From assembly GCF_006345805.1 (NCBI RefSeq), contig NC_042998.1, positions 58,590,001 to 58,654,000 on the forward strand: a stretch of 64,000 bases of DNA, in the 5' to 3' direction. Origin of the DNA: Octopus sinensis. Taxonomy: Eukaryota. Positions 25,583 to 38,060 of the stretch are shown here, one piece after another (the stretch's first letter is position 1; the number at the start of each line of letters is the position of its first letter). The notes under the pieces are model-generated. The model was given only the letters and a program-made list of their open reading frames with translations. It had not been told where the DNA came from and searched no databases. The translations under genes were made by a program, and so were the position numbers.

Positions 25583-25860
25583 TTTCTTTGTTGTGTCTGG
25601 GGAGAGTCATTTTCTTTTTGTGCCTTATAATATAACACACTCACTGGTAAAATTTCCACTTTTTTTTTATTTTTATTGTCCTAAAATTTCGTTACGTCTT
25701 AAACCTTTTCAATAGTTTTGAGTCAAAACTATTGAAAAGGTTGTAAGACGCAACGAAAATTTTAGAAAAGTAAAAAAGAAATAAGTGGAAATTTTACCGG
25801 TGAGTGTGTTAAATAATAAGGCACAAAAAGAAAATGACTCTCCCCAAACACAACAGAATA
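25583..25860. repeat. Long palindrome (MITE-like), centre 25722
   Basis: Arms of ~137 bp meet at ...aatagttttga-g-tcaaaactatt... Confidence 0.92.
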
Positions 25861-26067
25861 TGCTTCAATACACGAACTCATATAAAGAATCTTGCAAACC
25901 AAATCCAAAAACGAAATTATTTCTTTTATAGTAATAATGATTTGATGTTCCCTCTAAGTATCAATTTTTCAACTTTGAAGCTTTTTGAGATTAATTTCAT
26001 TATTTTTAATGATGTTTTGTTACTTTCACGTTGATTAATCATAATTTTGTTTTTTTCTTTCCATAAG

Positions 26068-26208
26068 TTATCTACGAACATTGTCACTACAGTTGGTAAA
26101 CAGAAACGGAGAATGTTTATTGTCACCATATTCGGCCTCAGCACGCCAGATGACTATGTAATTTTAAAGATCTCCCAAGATACATCCGTCTGTGATGCTA
26201 TTGCATTG
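26068..26208 (+). CDS. PLCE1: PLC-epsilon exon, RA1 N-terminal half (LSTNIVTTVGKQKRRMFIVTIFGLSTPDDYVILKISQDTSVCDAIAL)
   Basis: Pyrimidine tract plus ataAG acceptor (an in-frame AG at 26102-26103 is also possible); GTAAGT donor at 26209; phase 0-0; strand-strand-helix pattern of an RA fold. Confidence 0.85.
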
Positions 26209-26249
26209 GTAAGTAACACTAGTTGCTGATGACAATGAAAAAAATATTG

Positions 26250-26500
26250 ATGATGATGATGATGATGATGAGGTGGATGATGATGATGATGAGGAGGAGG
26301 AGGAGGAGGAGGAAGATGATGATGATGATGATGATGATGACGACGACAACGACAACGACGACGACAACGATGATGACGATGATGATGACGACGATGACAA
26401 ATGTAATGATAATGAAGTAAACGAGGATATTGCTGAATGTGATGGTGATGATTGTAATGATGATGAGAATGAATGTGATGATGATAATGATGAAGTAATT
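26250..26500. repeat. (GAT/GAG/GAC)n low-complexity tract just inside the intron after the RA1 exon
   Basis: Direct reading; begins ~40 nt after the GTAAGT donor at 26209. Confidence 0.9.
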
Positions 26501-27387
26501 ATTATTCTGAAACATCCAGCTCAACTCTAATTAAGAAGACATGAGAGCTGAACACATACAGACAGTCATCTACAGATTTATTGCTCTCTAGCTCTGAATA
26601 TTGCAGGTGTTATAACAGTTATAAGAAATCCCAGCATTGCAGAATTGATGAATTTTGTTGACTTGCAGTGTTGCTTCCAGTTCATATGGCAGTTTTCCCA
26701 TAATAGACTAGTTTCTCATCCAGGGAAAGATACTTGTCTTGTTTCTTTAATTATCAGAATATATATATTTGTAAGTGTGTGTATTGTGTAAATACAATGA
26801 TTAATAAGAAAGGCAACACAGGAGGAACAAAGTTTGCCATACATATATATATATATTGAATTATATATATAATCAAAATAAGCAACAAGTATATCTGAGG
26901 TAGAGTGGTACAATTGTTTCATGCTACTTCATTTTATTAAACACTGTAAGTATTACATCAGTTTTAAAATGTCGAGCAATCTTCAGCCACATATGGAAAT
27001 TTTCCAATCAAGTGGACAATGCACATTCTTATCTCTATTTCGTTTGCCAACATTATAAAGAGGGTAGATATATAGACAGAGAGGCTGATTTCATTCTTAA
27101 GAACATGATAGTAGTAAATTTACTCCCTGACTGTAGATTTTTTCACTTTGTTATTTAGATCTGTCAGTGGGGAGATGGGATTTTATTTTTGGTTGGATGG
27201 AGACAAAGAATTTTTCTATTTATAGATATATGAAGGGGTAGAACAAATGTCAAAACCATAAACTTATTCCCATTCAGAGGAACCTAGCCCAGATACATTT
27301 GAATGCACTATAGCAAAAAGGTAGTATGTTGAAGTTAGAGGGCTAGGGGAGCATAGACTACTAGTGCACTAGAGGTTTTAATGTCTC

Positions 27388-27610
<223 letters not shown>

Positions 27611-27614
27611 CAAA

Positions 27615-28070
27615 TCAAATCAAAATCGATGAACATCAATGGAATTTGTATTTTTGTGGTACCAGTGCCGGTGGCACATAAGAAAACCATCCGAACGTGG
27701 CCGTAGCCAGTACCACATCGACTGGCGTCCGTGCTGTGGGCACATAACAAACACCATCCAATCGTGGCCATGCCAGCCTTGCCTGGCCTCTGTGCCGGTG
27801 GCACGTAAAAAACACCATCCGAGCGTGGCCGTCTGGCACGCTCGGCCTCGTCTGGCACCTGTTCGCCAGCCTCGTCTGGCACCTGTGTCGGTGGCACATA
27901 AAAAGCACCCACTACACTCACGGAGTGGTTGGCGTTAGGAAGGGCATCCAGCTGTAGAAACACTGCCAGATCTGACTGGCCTGGTGCAGCCTTCGGGCTT
28001 TCTAGACTCCAGTTGAATCGTCCAACCCATGCTAGCATGGAAAGCGGACGTTAAACGATGATGATGATGA
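27615..28070 (+). mobile_element. RTE LINE 3' UTR copy with internal tgccggtggcac repeats
   Basis: Shared core aggaagggcatccagctgtagaaacactgccagatc...gcatggaaagcggacgttaaac(GAT)n. Further copies near 1-140(-), 8875-9135(-), 18925-19155(+), 45155-45297(+), 51100-51342(+), 59470-59703(+), 60355-60730(-). Confidence 0.75.
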
Positions 28071-28686
28071 TATATATATCTCTTATTATAAAAGGCAGAT
28101 TTTTTCTGCCTCCCTTTGTCTCTTATAGAAATCTACAATATAGGATTTCTTCAATTACAATTTACCTAGCATTTTTAAGAGTAGAATACATCGGGTCATG
28201 CCAGGTCCAGTTTTTCAAATTTCAACCCCAATTAAGCAAAATTTCGAGAAAACTCACATTGTGGTGTGTAAGTGAAGTGCTTTTCTTAGTGTGGGCTACA
28301 GCACACACACACAAACGGAGCGAACTGCTTCACTGATGCTATCACCCTAATTTCTCCTCCTTTCTCTTTGCATGTGTGCAACGATTAAAGTGAAAGTATT
28401 TGAGAAGTGTACCTTAAACCACTACTCAAAAAAAAAACAACACAGCAAACAGAAACAAATAAATACATAACGATTTACTCCTCACACAATTTCTTCAATT
28501 AGAGTTTACCTATGATTTTTCAAAGTACTTCCATTCGGTCATGGCATACAAAATTTCTTTCAATTTCACCCCCATTTCAGAAAAAATTCGAGACAACTAA
28601 ATATTTTACCATTTCACTCTTTCACTCTGCATTCCCACTTCCTCTTTACACTGTAAGCTAACGTGTGTGTATGTGTGTGTGCGTGT

Positions 28687-28736
<50 letters not shown>

Positions 28737-28776
28737 GTGCGTGTGTGTGTGTGTATGTGTGTGAGTGTGTGACAGG

Positions 28777-29459
28777 AAAGTTTTTTAGGACGAATATAAG
28801 ATCTAAAGTATATCCAAGTAGCAGAAAGATCACCCAAAAGTGTATATAGATATTTAAATGTATTTATATATTCATCTATACACAGATTTATGTATAATGT
28901 GTGTGTATATATTTCCATAGAGGTAACCTTTCACTCCATACAAAGTTTTTTAGGACGAATATAAGATCTAAAGTATATCCAAGTAGCAGAAAGATCGCCC
29001 AAAAGTATATATAGATATTTAAATGTATTTATATATTCATCTATACACAGGTGTATGTATAATGTGTGTGTATATATTTCCATAGACGTAACCATTCACT
29101 CCGCACAAAGTTTTTTAGGATGAAAATAAGATCTAAAGTTATCTCTAAGTAGCACAAAGATCGCCCAAAAGTGTATATAGATATATAAATGTATTTATAT
29201 ATTCATCTATGCACACATGTATGTATAACGTGTGTGTATATATTTCCATAGAGGTAACCATTCACTCCATACAAAGTTTTTTAGGACGAAAATAAGATCT
29301 AAAGTTATCTCTAAGAAACAGAAAGATCGCCCAAAAGTGTATATAGATATTTAAATGTATTTATATATTCATCTATACACACATGTATGTATAATGTGCA
29401 TGTATATATTTCCATAGAGGTAACCATTCAATCCATACAAAGTTTTTTAGGACGAAAAT
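28777..29459 (+). repeat. Tandem array of 165-166-bp units (4 full copies plus a partial one) inside the Helitron
   Basis: Unit starts aaagttttttaggacgaa at 28777, 28942, 29107, 29273 and 29439. Confidence 0.95.
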
Positions 29460-29706
29460 ATTTTTATATAAAAGAAAGGTTGTGTGTCTGTCTACTCCGA
29501 TTTAGATTTCTAACTACTCCCACATTTTGCGATGCAGTTTAACCAAAACCGGGTATCTTATAGTCGTGATTCATATCGACCCCTTCTGGGTATTAGCGCG
29601 CGTCTACGATGAGTCTACGATTTTACAAATAATTTACCATCATTTTTTTCCATTTTAATGCATATTTTTTTAATAAAGGGAAGTAACTCTCAAACTTCAC
29701 ACCAAT

Positions 29707-30228
29707 ATGCGTGCTCATATGCGACATAATATCACATCAGCAGCATTTCCTCACACCCTCCTTGCATTTGGCGATGGCAAAATACCAGGGGATGAAAATG
29801 GTAATATTGCCATCGATTCCATTTGTACCATTGTTAAGACGCCTTCTGATCTCAGAGATGCAGTGTTCCCAGATCTACAAGCTAATTATCAGAATATGGA
29901 TTGGATTGGCAAAAAGGCTATACTGGCCCCGAGGAATAAAACTGTTCACCATATTAATGATGAAATGCTAAAACTCATTCCTGGGGAAGTCTATGTATAT
30001 CAGTCTATCGATACAACTCCTGACCCAGAGGACGTCATCAACTATCCAATAGAGGTACTCAATTCCTTTGAGCACCCCGGACTACCACCACACTTTCTCA
30101 AACTTAAAGTTGGTGCCCCTATAATGCTCATCAGAAATTTGGTTCCCCCAAAACAATGCAATGGCACACGTTTGATCGTTAAGTCCTTATCTCCCACTGT
30201 AAACTTATATCAATATTTGCCTGAATAA
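29707..30228 (+). pseudogene. Helitron RepHel PIF1-like helicase fragment (173 aa, open frame)
   Basis: AILAPRN, YQSID, NYPIEVLNS, GLPPHFLKLKVGAPIMLIRNL and CNGTRL motifs are typical of Helitron helicases; both ends truncated. Confidence 0.93.
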
Positions 30229-30625
30229 TCATCATAATTCAGTGCAATCATTAACAGTACTTTCAAGCAATTTAGCCCCGAGCAACGCCGGGTAATTCTG
30301 CTAGTATATATATATTTGTCTTGCAAGGGATTGAGTTTGGATGGATGGCTAGGCAGATAGGTGGATAGATGGACAGATTGATGAAGGATAGAGAGATAGG
30401 TTGCTGGACAGATGGGTGGATGGATGGATGGAATAATGAATGGACAGAAGGATGGACACACAGACAGATGAATGGATGACCAAAAGGTTGAACAGCTAGA
30501 TGGATGAAGCATCTGGCAGTAAAAAGCTCAGTATCAACATACTCTCACTAGACCCATATTGAAATGTAAGTATTAAAATGAGGTTGAGGACATATATATA
30601 TATATATATATAATATATATATATA

Positions 30626-30863
30626 ACATTGTATAAAAGGGCTTAGTAAAATAAATTACTTTGCCACATACTGAACTCATTAGAAATAGCAGCCAAAAAA
30701 AGATTTTTTAACCATTTCTAATACTTAAAGAAAATTTCTCTGAGAGAAATTTTCTTTAAGTATTAGAAATGGCTAAAAAATCTTTTTTTTTTTTGGCTGC
30801 TATTTCTAATGAGTTCAGTATGTGGCAAAGTAATTTATTTTACTAAGCCCTTTTATACAATGT
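30626..30863. repeat. Near-perfect 238-bp palindrome
   Basis: acattgtataaaaggg.../...cccttttatacaatgt; 3-nt loop TGA at 30741-30743. Confidence 0.95.
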
Positions 30864-31574
30864 AATATTTTGAATTCGCCTTAAATGGTCCCTTTACATA
30901 CTGAATATTTGGTGAAATTGATTAATAACTAATTAATTTTACCCTCAATTGTTGAAATTATATATATATATATATATATATAAGTATGTATATACTGCAA
31001 ATACAATGAACAATAAAAAGGACAAAACAGAAAGAACAAAGTTTTACAATATATCATCATTCACTTGGTTCTAAAGAAACAAGAAATAACTCCTGGGTCT
31101 ATAAATCCATGTGTAATGTGAAAAGATATGAGAAATAATCTGGAAGAATCCAACATAATGGCATCTAAACCTTGATTTAGATGATAAGGTCACAACTGAT
31201 GAAACAAAGCTCTAATGTGGTACTATATATGTTATAATTGACAATTGTCAACAGTGGAATCCATGTGAGGTACACTGTGTCTCTGCATGTCATAAGAAGC
31301 AACTGAAATGGTTGGCAACAGAAAGGACATCTAGCGGTAAAACACAGCCTCAGGAAATACATCCGATTCATGCCAGCATGGAAAAGTAGACAAAACTGCT
31401 GAATGATTTATTGACCTGCTGTGCCAAGTTAATCCAAATGCTGGGTTCTTGTAATAAGGTATTACTCTGTCCAAGGGAAGATAAACTTATTAGATCTGTT
31501 AAGTTATTTTGATTTACTCTAGAGAAAAAAAATTGTACTTATGGCTTTCACAGGTCCTCACTGACTGGTGAGAT

Positions 31575-32032
31575 CAATACCCTTGATGATCTTTTTGAAG
31601 ATTCAAGTAAAACACAAGCAACAAAGGAATTCCTGAAGGCTGCTCTTCTTGAAATTCTCTTCACAGTAAAAGTGATTACTGCAGGGCTGAGAGAGTAGAC
31701 ACAGGGATAAAGGGTAAAGACCCCCTTTGATCATGAATGACTGTTGGATTGCACCTAGAAAGTTCCCCTCCAAGAACACAAATCCACGCAAGCTTGTTTG
31801 TGGAAGACCAGCAGTTGCACATGGATACCAGTCTCCTCTCTCCCACCACCAATGTTGTCCATGAGAAAGGCACAGCTTGGCACCAACGATATCACAACTC
31901 ATTTCTACAGCTGAGTGAATTAGAGCAATGTGAAATAAAGTACTTTGCTCAAGAATATAACACACAGCCCAGTCCGGGAATCAAACTCATAACCACATGA
32001 TTGCAAGTCCAATTCTCTAACCACTAAGCCAT
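31575..32032 (-). mobile_element. tRNA-derived SINE, family E
   Basis: tRNA-like head at the right end (reverse of ...tctaaccactaagccatg); homologous copy at 46815-47272(-). Confidence 0.7.
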
Positions 32033-32384
32033 GTTGTGTGTTGCTTCATGAAAAACATAAAAGAAAACAAATGAGTTCATATTGTACAGTCATAGTCACT
32101 GCTTAAATGCAAATTAGCCTTGATTGTGCACTCCTTTGATCAGACATTCCAACACTAACCATCCCAGTTTTTTTTTCTTTGTTTTTTTTCCACATAAACC
32201 CAAGTTTACATAATCCTATGTGTCTTTCACTTTTTACTATAAGATAATAGGATAGTAACTGAGGAATGTCTGGTTGTAAAATCAAGAAATTTTTGTTGTT
32301 TAGCCCTTGATCAGCAGACCTATAATTAAAGGCATTCTAACTACAACCATTTCATGGTGTTTATATATATATCATCATGATCAT

Positions 32385-32870
32385 GATTATGATCATCATT
32401 TAACATCTTCTTTCCATGCTAGCTTGGATTGGACCGTTCGACCAGGGTCTGGGAAGTCAGGAAGCTGCATCAGGCTCCATTCTGATCTGGCAGTGTTTCT
32501 ACAGCTGGATGCCCTTCCTAACGCCAACCACTCCTTGAGTGTAGTGGGTGCTTTTAATATGCCACCGGCACAGATGTCAGTCACGGCAACGCTGGCATCG
32601 GCCATGTTCAGATGGTGCTTTTTACATGCCACCAGCACGACTATCACTACTACAATTTCCATTTGATTTTTATTTTGATGTCGATGTTGACGTACTTGAC
32701 TCAATAGATCTCTTCAAGCACAGCAGATCACCCGACGATCCAAGGTAAGGACAGCAGGCCGTCCTGCAAGCCACAAATACACTTCATTTGTCGGGTCTTC
32801 GTAGTCACAGCAAATCTCCAGAGGTCTCGGTCTTTCATCATTGCTTCTGTGAGGCCCAACGTTCAAAGGT
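32385..32870 (-). mobile_element. 5'-truncated RTE-clade LINE 3' end
   Basis: Reverse complement encodes LGLTEAMMKDRDLWRFAVTTKTRQ, followed by the same 3' UTR and a (GAT)n tail. Confidence 0.78.
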
Positions 32871-33299
32871 CGGATTTCTACATTGTTGAATATAAGATGA
32901 TGTGGTGTAATTTCAGGGTTATTTTGCTGCTATTTCATGCAGATTGAATGGCTTTCTTCATTGGCTACAGAGTTCTTGTTAATCAAAAAATAAAGGAAAA
33001 CAAACTTTACAGAGCATTTTAATAATAAATGAATGATATAGTAGACAAATATATTCTCCAACATCTATCATTAAGATAGCTATTTGTTTTCACTTAGTAC
33101 TTCAATAATTGGTAATTAATTCAAATAGTTTCCATCGCATTTCTCTACAGTTCTGAGTTTATCATGTTTTCTTTTAGCCTTCAGTTTTTCTATTCTGTAA
33201 GAGTCAATAATTTAAAGTTATGTTTGAACATTATCCAGAACAAATTTGCTTGGTGGAAAAAAAGCAGAAAAGCATTTTTAATAATATGTGTAAGCTATA

Positions 33300-33670
33300 A
33301 AAGCCAAGTTTCTATATTTACCAGTGCAAGCAAGAAAGTTTCTATCCTAATTACTTCAAAATTAATAGTTTCTGTACTAACCAGTTCTAATTGGTTAATT
33401 TCCCTATTGACCACTACAAGCTAGTTAATTTCTGTAAGCTGGTTATTCTCTATATTAACTAGTACATGTTTATTCACTTATTAAATTATAATTTAATAAG
33501 TACAAACTGGTTAGCATCTGTATCAGTGCAAACTAATCAATGTCTATACTAACCAGTGCTAACTAATCAGTTTCTATACTAACCAGTTCCAACTAAATAA
33601 TTTCCAAATAAACCAGCGCAAAAATTACTTGTTTCAATACTAATCAGTGTCACTTAACTTCCATTCTAAC
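33300..33670 (+). repeat. Degenerate ~30-bp minisatellite
   Basis: Recurring unit close to agtttctatactaaccagtgctaactaatc. Confidence 0.7.
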
Positions 33671-34377
33671 CAGAATAATTAAACTTGGACAAGTTGTAAG
33701 CAAAGCAACAGCAACTGTTATTTCTGTTTATACTCCAGAATTGGGACAGACCAATTAAAAGCATTCCTTTTTTGCTCTCTAGTAAACCATCTCAATGTCA
33801 AATAGTAGTGGCTTCGTTAACATATGTCAAATAAATAAATTAAATCCAGTCCTATCCTTATTTAAGAATTTCAGAATACCAATATAACCACTCCTAATCA
33901 TTATTATTCATAGTAACTGTTTGTCAAACTGCTTTGTCTCAGGTATTTTATAATTGCTTTCTATTTTATTTATAAAAATTATTATTGCATATGGCAGGAG
34001 TAGCTGTGTGGTAAGTAGCTTGCTTACCAACCACATGGTTCCAGGTTTAGTCCTACTGCATGGCACCTTGGGCAACTGTCTTTTACTATAGCCTTGAGCC
34101 GACCAAAACCTTGTGAGATGGATTTGGTAGACGGAAACTGAAAGAATCCCGTCGTATATATGTATATATATATTTGTGTGTGTGTTTGTGTGTCTGTGTT
34201 TGTCCCTCTAACATTGCTTGACAACCGATGTGGGTGTGTTTACATCCCTGTAACTTAGTGGTTCGGTAAGTTGTAGGCTTACAAAGAATAAGTTCTGGGG
34301 TCGATTTGCTCAATTAAAGGTGGTGCTCCAGCATGGCTGCAGTCAAATGACTGAAACAAGTAAAAGAGTAAAAAAGT

Positions 34378-34865
34378 ATGGATGAAGACTGCTGTGATGA
34401 TGAATATGGATGAGGTCAGCTGCATAAAGAAGTGCCAAGCCCTAATTGTGGAGGGAACCTGTGCAAGGGGTGGACCATGGAAGACTTGGGATGAAGTGGT
34501 GAGAAAGGATCTTCAGACACTGGGCCTCACTAAAGAAATGACAAAGGACCAGGGTTGTGATGATTTGCTGTACTTGAGAATCCAAAGTAGAATCACAGTG
34601 ATCCATACGTATAAGCATGTCCCTTACACATGCCAGCGCCACGTAAAATGTACTCATGTCGGTGTCGCATAAACACACCCATGCCAGTGGCATGTAAAAA
34701 GCACCAAGCACACTCTGCAGAGTGGTGCGCATCAAGAATGGCATACTGCCATAGAAACCTTACCACAACAGACAATTAGAGTCTGGACAGCTTCCTGGCT
34801 GGTCAGCTCCTGTCAAATCCTCCAGCCCATGCCAGCATGGAAAATGGACATTAAATGATGCTGAT
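34378..34865 (+). mobile_element. 5'-truncated RTE-clade LINE (ORF C-terminus plus 3' UTR)
   Basis: SCIKKCQALIVEGTCARGGPWKTWDEVVRKDLQTLGLTKEMTKD resembles the RTE C-terminal GRP..TW motif; the UTR ends ggacattaaatgatg. Confidence 0.8.
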
Positions 34866-35087
34866 AATCTAGCCTTAGATTGTCAACAGTTATCTAAGCT
34901 GTCACATGGTGGAATTGAACCTGGGTTCATGTGGTTGTGAAGTAATATTTTTAACTACATGGCTATGCTTGTGCCCATGTTCTGTATGTAATAATCTTCC
35001 AATGATAGATTTTTCAGCCATTTACTTCTCCTGAATCCCTTGAATATTAGAATATTTAATCTTCAGTTGTTTGCCTCTTTTCTTTAA

Positions 35088-35543
35088 CCTTTTCAATACC
35101 AACCCGACTGAAAGTGGTTCTGGCTCTGAGTGCAAATGTCTTGATTTCATAAGTTTTGAATTAAAATCTTCTACCAGACCTTATTCACAATTTATGTTCC
35201 TAACACTAGCTGAATGATAACTAAGTTGTTTTACTAAATTCTTTGTTATATTTAAAGTAATTGAAAGAAACAGAGCATCTCAAAATCAATACAATAATGA
35301 AAAAGTTAAAGAATAGACATTAACCCTTTCAATACCAATCCGGCTGAAACTGGCACTGGCTCTGAGTACAAATGTCTCGTTTACATAAGTTTTGGATTAA
35401 AATCTTCCACCAAACCTTAGTCACAATTTATGTTCCTAACACTAGCTGAATAATAACTAAGTTGTTTTACTAAATTCTTTGTTATATTTAAAGTAATTGA
35501 AAGAAACACAGAGCATCTCAAAATAAATACAGTAATGAAAGGG
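35088..35543 (+). mobile_element. Two tandem piggyBac-type MITEs (family 2; 35088-35305 and 35324-35543)
   Basis: Each copy is bounded by TTAA, with ccctttc / gaaaggg-type termini; the copies align along their whole length. Confidence 0.75.
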
Positions 35544-35791
35544 TTAATAATATTATCATTATACTTTCATATGTGTGTAGATGTGTGTGATTGTGTGTTG
35601 AGAATAGGTTTCAGATCCACTTATTTGCTTGCTCTTGGAATAAAAAAGGAGCAGAGCCCCTTCTCAAATACGAACTGTCATGGAACCTGCTTGTCAACAG
35701 ACTAATAAACACTGTTATGTCCCATGTCAAGTGGCAAGATAATAACCTCAGCAGAAAATTTCTGATTGCGGCGAAAATTTCTGAAACGCAG

Positions 35792-36238
35792 CGAGCTGGC
35801 AGAAACATTAGCATGCTGGTTGAAATGCTTAGCGGTATTTCGTCTGCCACTATGTTCTGAGTTCAAATTCCACCAAGGTTGACTTTGCCTTTCCTCTTTT
35901 CAGGGTCGATTAAATAAGTACCAGTTACGCACTGGGGTCGATATAATCGACTTAATCTCTTTGTCTGTCCTTGTTTGTCCCCTCTATGTTTAGCCCCTTG
36001 TGGGCAATAAAGAAATAAGAAATGTTAGCGCACCAGTTGAAATGCTTTGATGTATTTTGTCTGCCGTTACGTTCTGAGCTCAAATTCCGCTGAGATCGAC
36101 TTTCTCTTTCATCCTTTCAGGGTTAATAAATTAAGTACCAGTTATGCACTGGGTTCGATGTAATCGACTTAATCTCTTTGTCTGTCCTTGTTTGTTCCCT
36201 CTATATTTAGCCCCTTGTGTGCAATAAAGAAATAAGAA
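35792..36238 (+). mobile_element. tRNA-derived SINE, family C, tandem pair
   Basis: gcgagctggcagaaac(g)ttagc...ctgagttcaaattcc head and ...gcaataaagaaataaga tail, twice. Other copies near 9540-9742(-), 46498-46725(+), 51700-51915(-), 55325-55560(-), 57295-57505(+). Confidence 0.8.
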
Positions 36239-36291
36239 AATTTCTGATTGCATCTGGTTTTATCCAAGTTTTCTCTCTATTTCCTTCTTGA

Positions 36292-37552
36292 GAAATAAAT
36301 TCATTATTTTTCAGGCAAACGTATCTGACACATCATCTTATATCAGGCTTCTATCAAGAAATAGAAAGGATGAGATATGCAGGGTGGACATTATTCAATA
36401 TTCTCCAAATAACAATTGAGATTCCCTGAAAGACACCACCAGAGATATGAAGGCCTATTGTATGTAGGTGACCATAATTTCCAATCTGCATATGGCTGCT
36501 TGTGTGATAAAGATATCCTCATAGCAGATATTTTAGGAAACTTGCAAACTTTCTCTTAAATGTGCTTAATACGATGGGGTGCTGAAAAGTTCCTGAAAAT
36601 ACCGGAGGACCAGTTGATTACTCTTTACTCTTTTACTCTTTTACTCTTTTACTTGTTTCAGTCATTTGACTGCAGCTATGCTGGAGCACCGCCTTTAGTT
36701 GAGCAAATCGACCCCAGACTTATTGGTTGTAAGCCTAGTACTTAATCTATCAGTCTCTTTTGCTGAACCGCTAAGTTACGGGGACATAAACACACCAGCA
36801 TCAGTTGTCAAGCGATGTTGGGGGGACAAACACACACACACACACACGCACACACACACATATATATATATACATATACATATATACGACGGGCTTCTTT
36901 CAGTTTCTGTCTACCAAATCCACTCACGAGGCTTTGGTCGGCCGTCACGCAGTGGGACTGAACCCAGAACCATGTGGTTGGTAAGCAAGCTACTTACCAC
37001 ACAGCCACTCCTGCACCTATTATGATTTTTTATTCAATATATTCCCTTCTCAGATTCACACACTTATTGCAGTGGTTCCTCAATCTTTCTAAGCCCCGTA
37101 AAAGAACTTGGAAAGCTGCACCTCCAACCAGGTCATTTGCAATACTCTTAAAGCCAGAAACTATTTAGCAACCCCTTGTAGATACAAACCAAGTCTTTGA
37201 ATTCTGTGTTTGCATGACAAGAACAGTGTATTGTAGTAATGGTAAAATACACAAAAGACATAGCATGGAGGCGAAGCAATAAATTTGAGATATGAGTATA
37301 TCTATGCATTTATTATAGATCCAGTGATGAAGATGGGTTTTAGAAGCTAGGGTGACACTAAGGTCACCATGAGGCTGAGAAGAGGAGAAAGGGGTGTTAG
37401 ACACTATAGGTCCCATATCCTAATGTGCTGAAAAGAAAAGGAATATTGAATATTGTCCACCCTGCATATCTCATCCTTTCTATTTCTTGATAGAAGCCTG
37501 ATATAAGATGATGTGTCAGATACGTTTGCCTGAAAAATAATGAATTTATTTC
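36292..37552. mobile_element. Element bounded by 112-bp near-perfect inverted repeats (Mutator-like candidate)
   Basis: 36292-36403 is the reverse complement of 37441-37552 with one mismatch; flanks ccttcttga / cctttctta form a possible imperfect 9-bp TSD. Confidence 0.55.
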
Positions 37553-37865
37553 CCTTTCTTACCTAAATTAATCCAGTTGCAGAGAGGGGAAAGAGAGAGA
37601 AAGAAAAAGAGAGAGAGAGAAAGAGAGAGAGGGGGAGAGAGACACACACAGACAGACAAACAGGCAAACAGACATGCGGACAGAGGTAGGGGAGAGAGAG
37701 AGAGAGAGAGAGAGAGCAAGAAAAATGCAGGAGTATTTAAAGAATGGACTGAATCTAGCTGGAATCTGATGAGTTTTTATGAAACTTACAGACCAACATT
37801 TGGTATGATTCCACATTACTTACAGAGCATATTAACCAGTTATTTTGTTGTTTTCGTTTTTAAAG

Positions 37866-38060
37866 GCTTTACTAAAGGCAGGGAAAAGTGAAGAAAAAGT
37901 TGCGAATTATGTCTTGGTTGAAGAAGTTCAAAGTGGTTGGGAGAGAAAAGACCAGGAAAAGCCTTGTACTCAGAGAATTCTGGATATGTCTGAAAAACTA
38001 CTAGCATCTCAAAATAAATGGAAGGGATCAGGCAAATTTATCCTTCGAAAAATGAGTGAT
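37866..38060 (+). CDS. PLCE1: PLC-epsilon exon, RA1 C-terminal half (ALLKAGKSEEKVANYVLVEEV...QNKWKGSGKFILRKMSD)
   Basis: ttttcgtttttaaAG acceptor, GTAAGT donor at 38061, 195 nt; YVLVEEV and W.G.GKFIL RA motifs. Confidence 0.94.

Larger units (their letters stand above)
28079..30304 (+). mobile_element. Internally deleted Helitron carrying a tandem array and a PIF1 helicase fragment
   Basis: 5' A|TC start; 3' hairpin cccg-agcaacgc-cggg then CTAG|T at 30301-30304; helicase ORF at 29707-30228. Confidence 0.85.

Noticed and set aside
26273-26530. Acidic Asp/Glu-rich ORF right after the RA1 exon
   Set aside because: Lies inside the intron after a perfect GTAAGT donor; simple trinucleotide repeat without convincing splice sites.
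28777-29459. Regular repeat array as a CRISPR candidate
   Set aside because: Units are contiguous 165-166-bp copies with no unique spacers, inside a eukaryotic Helitron.
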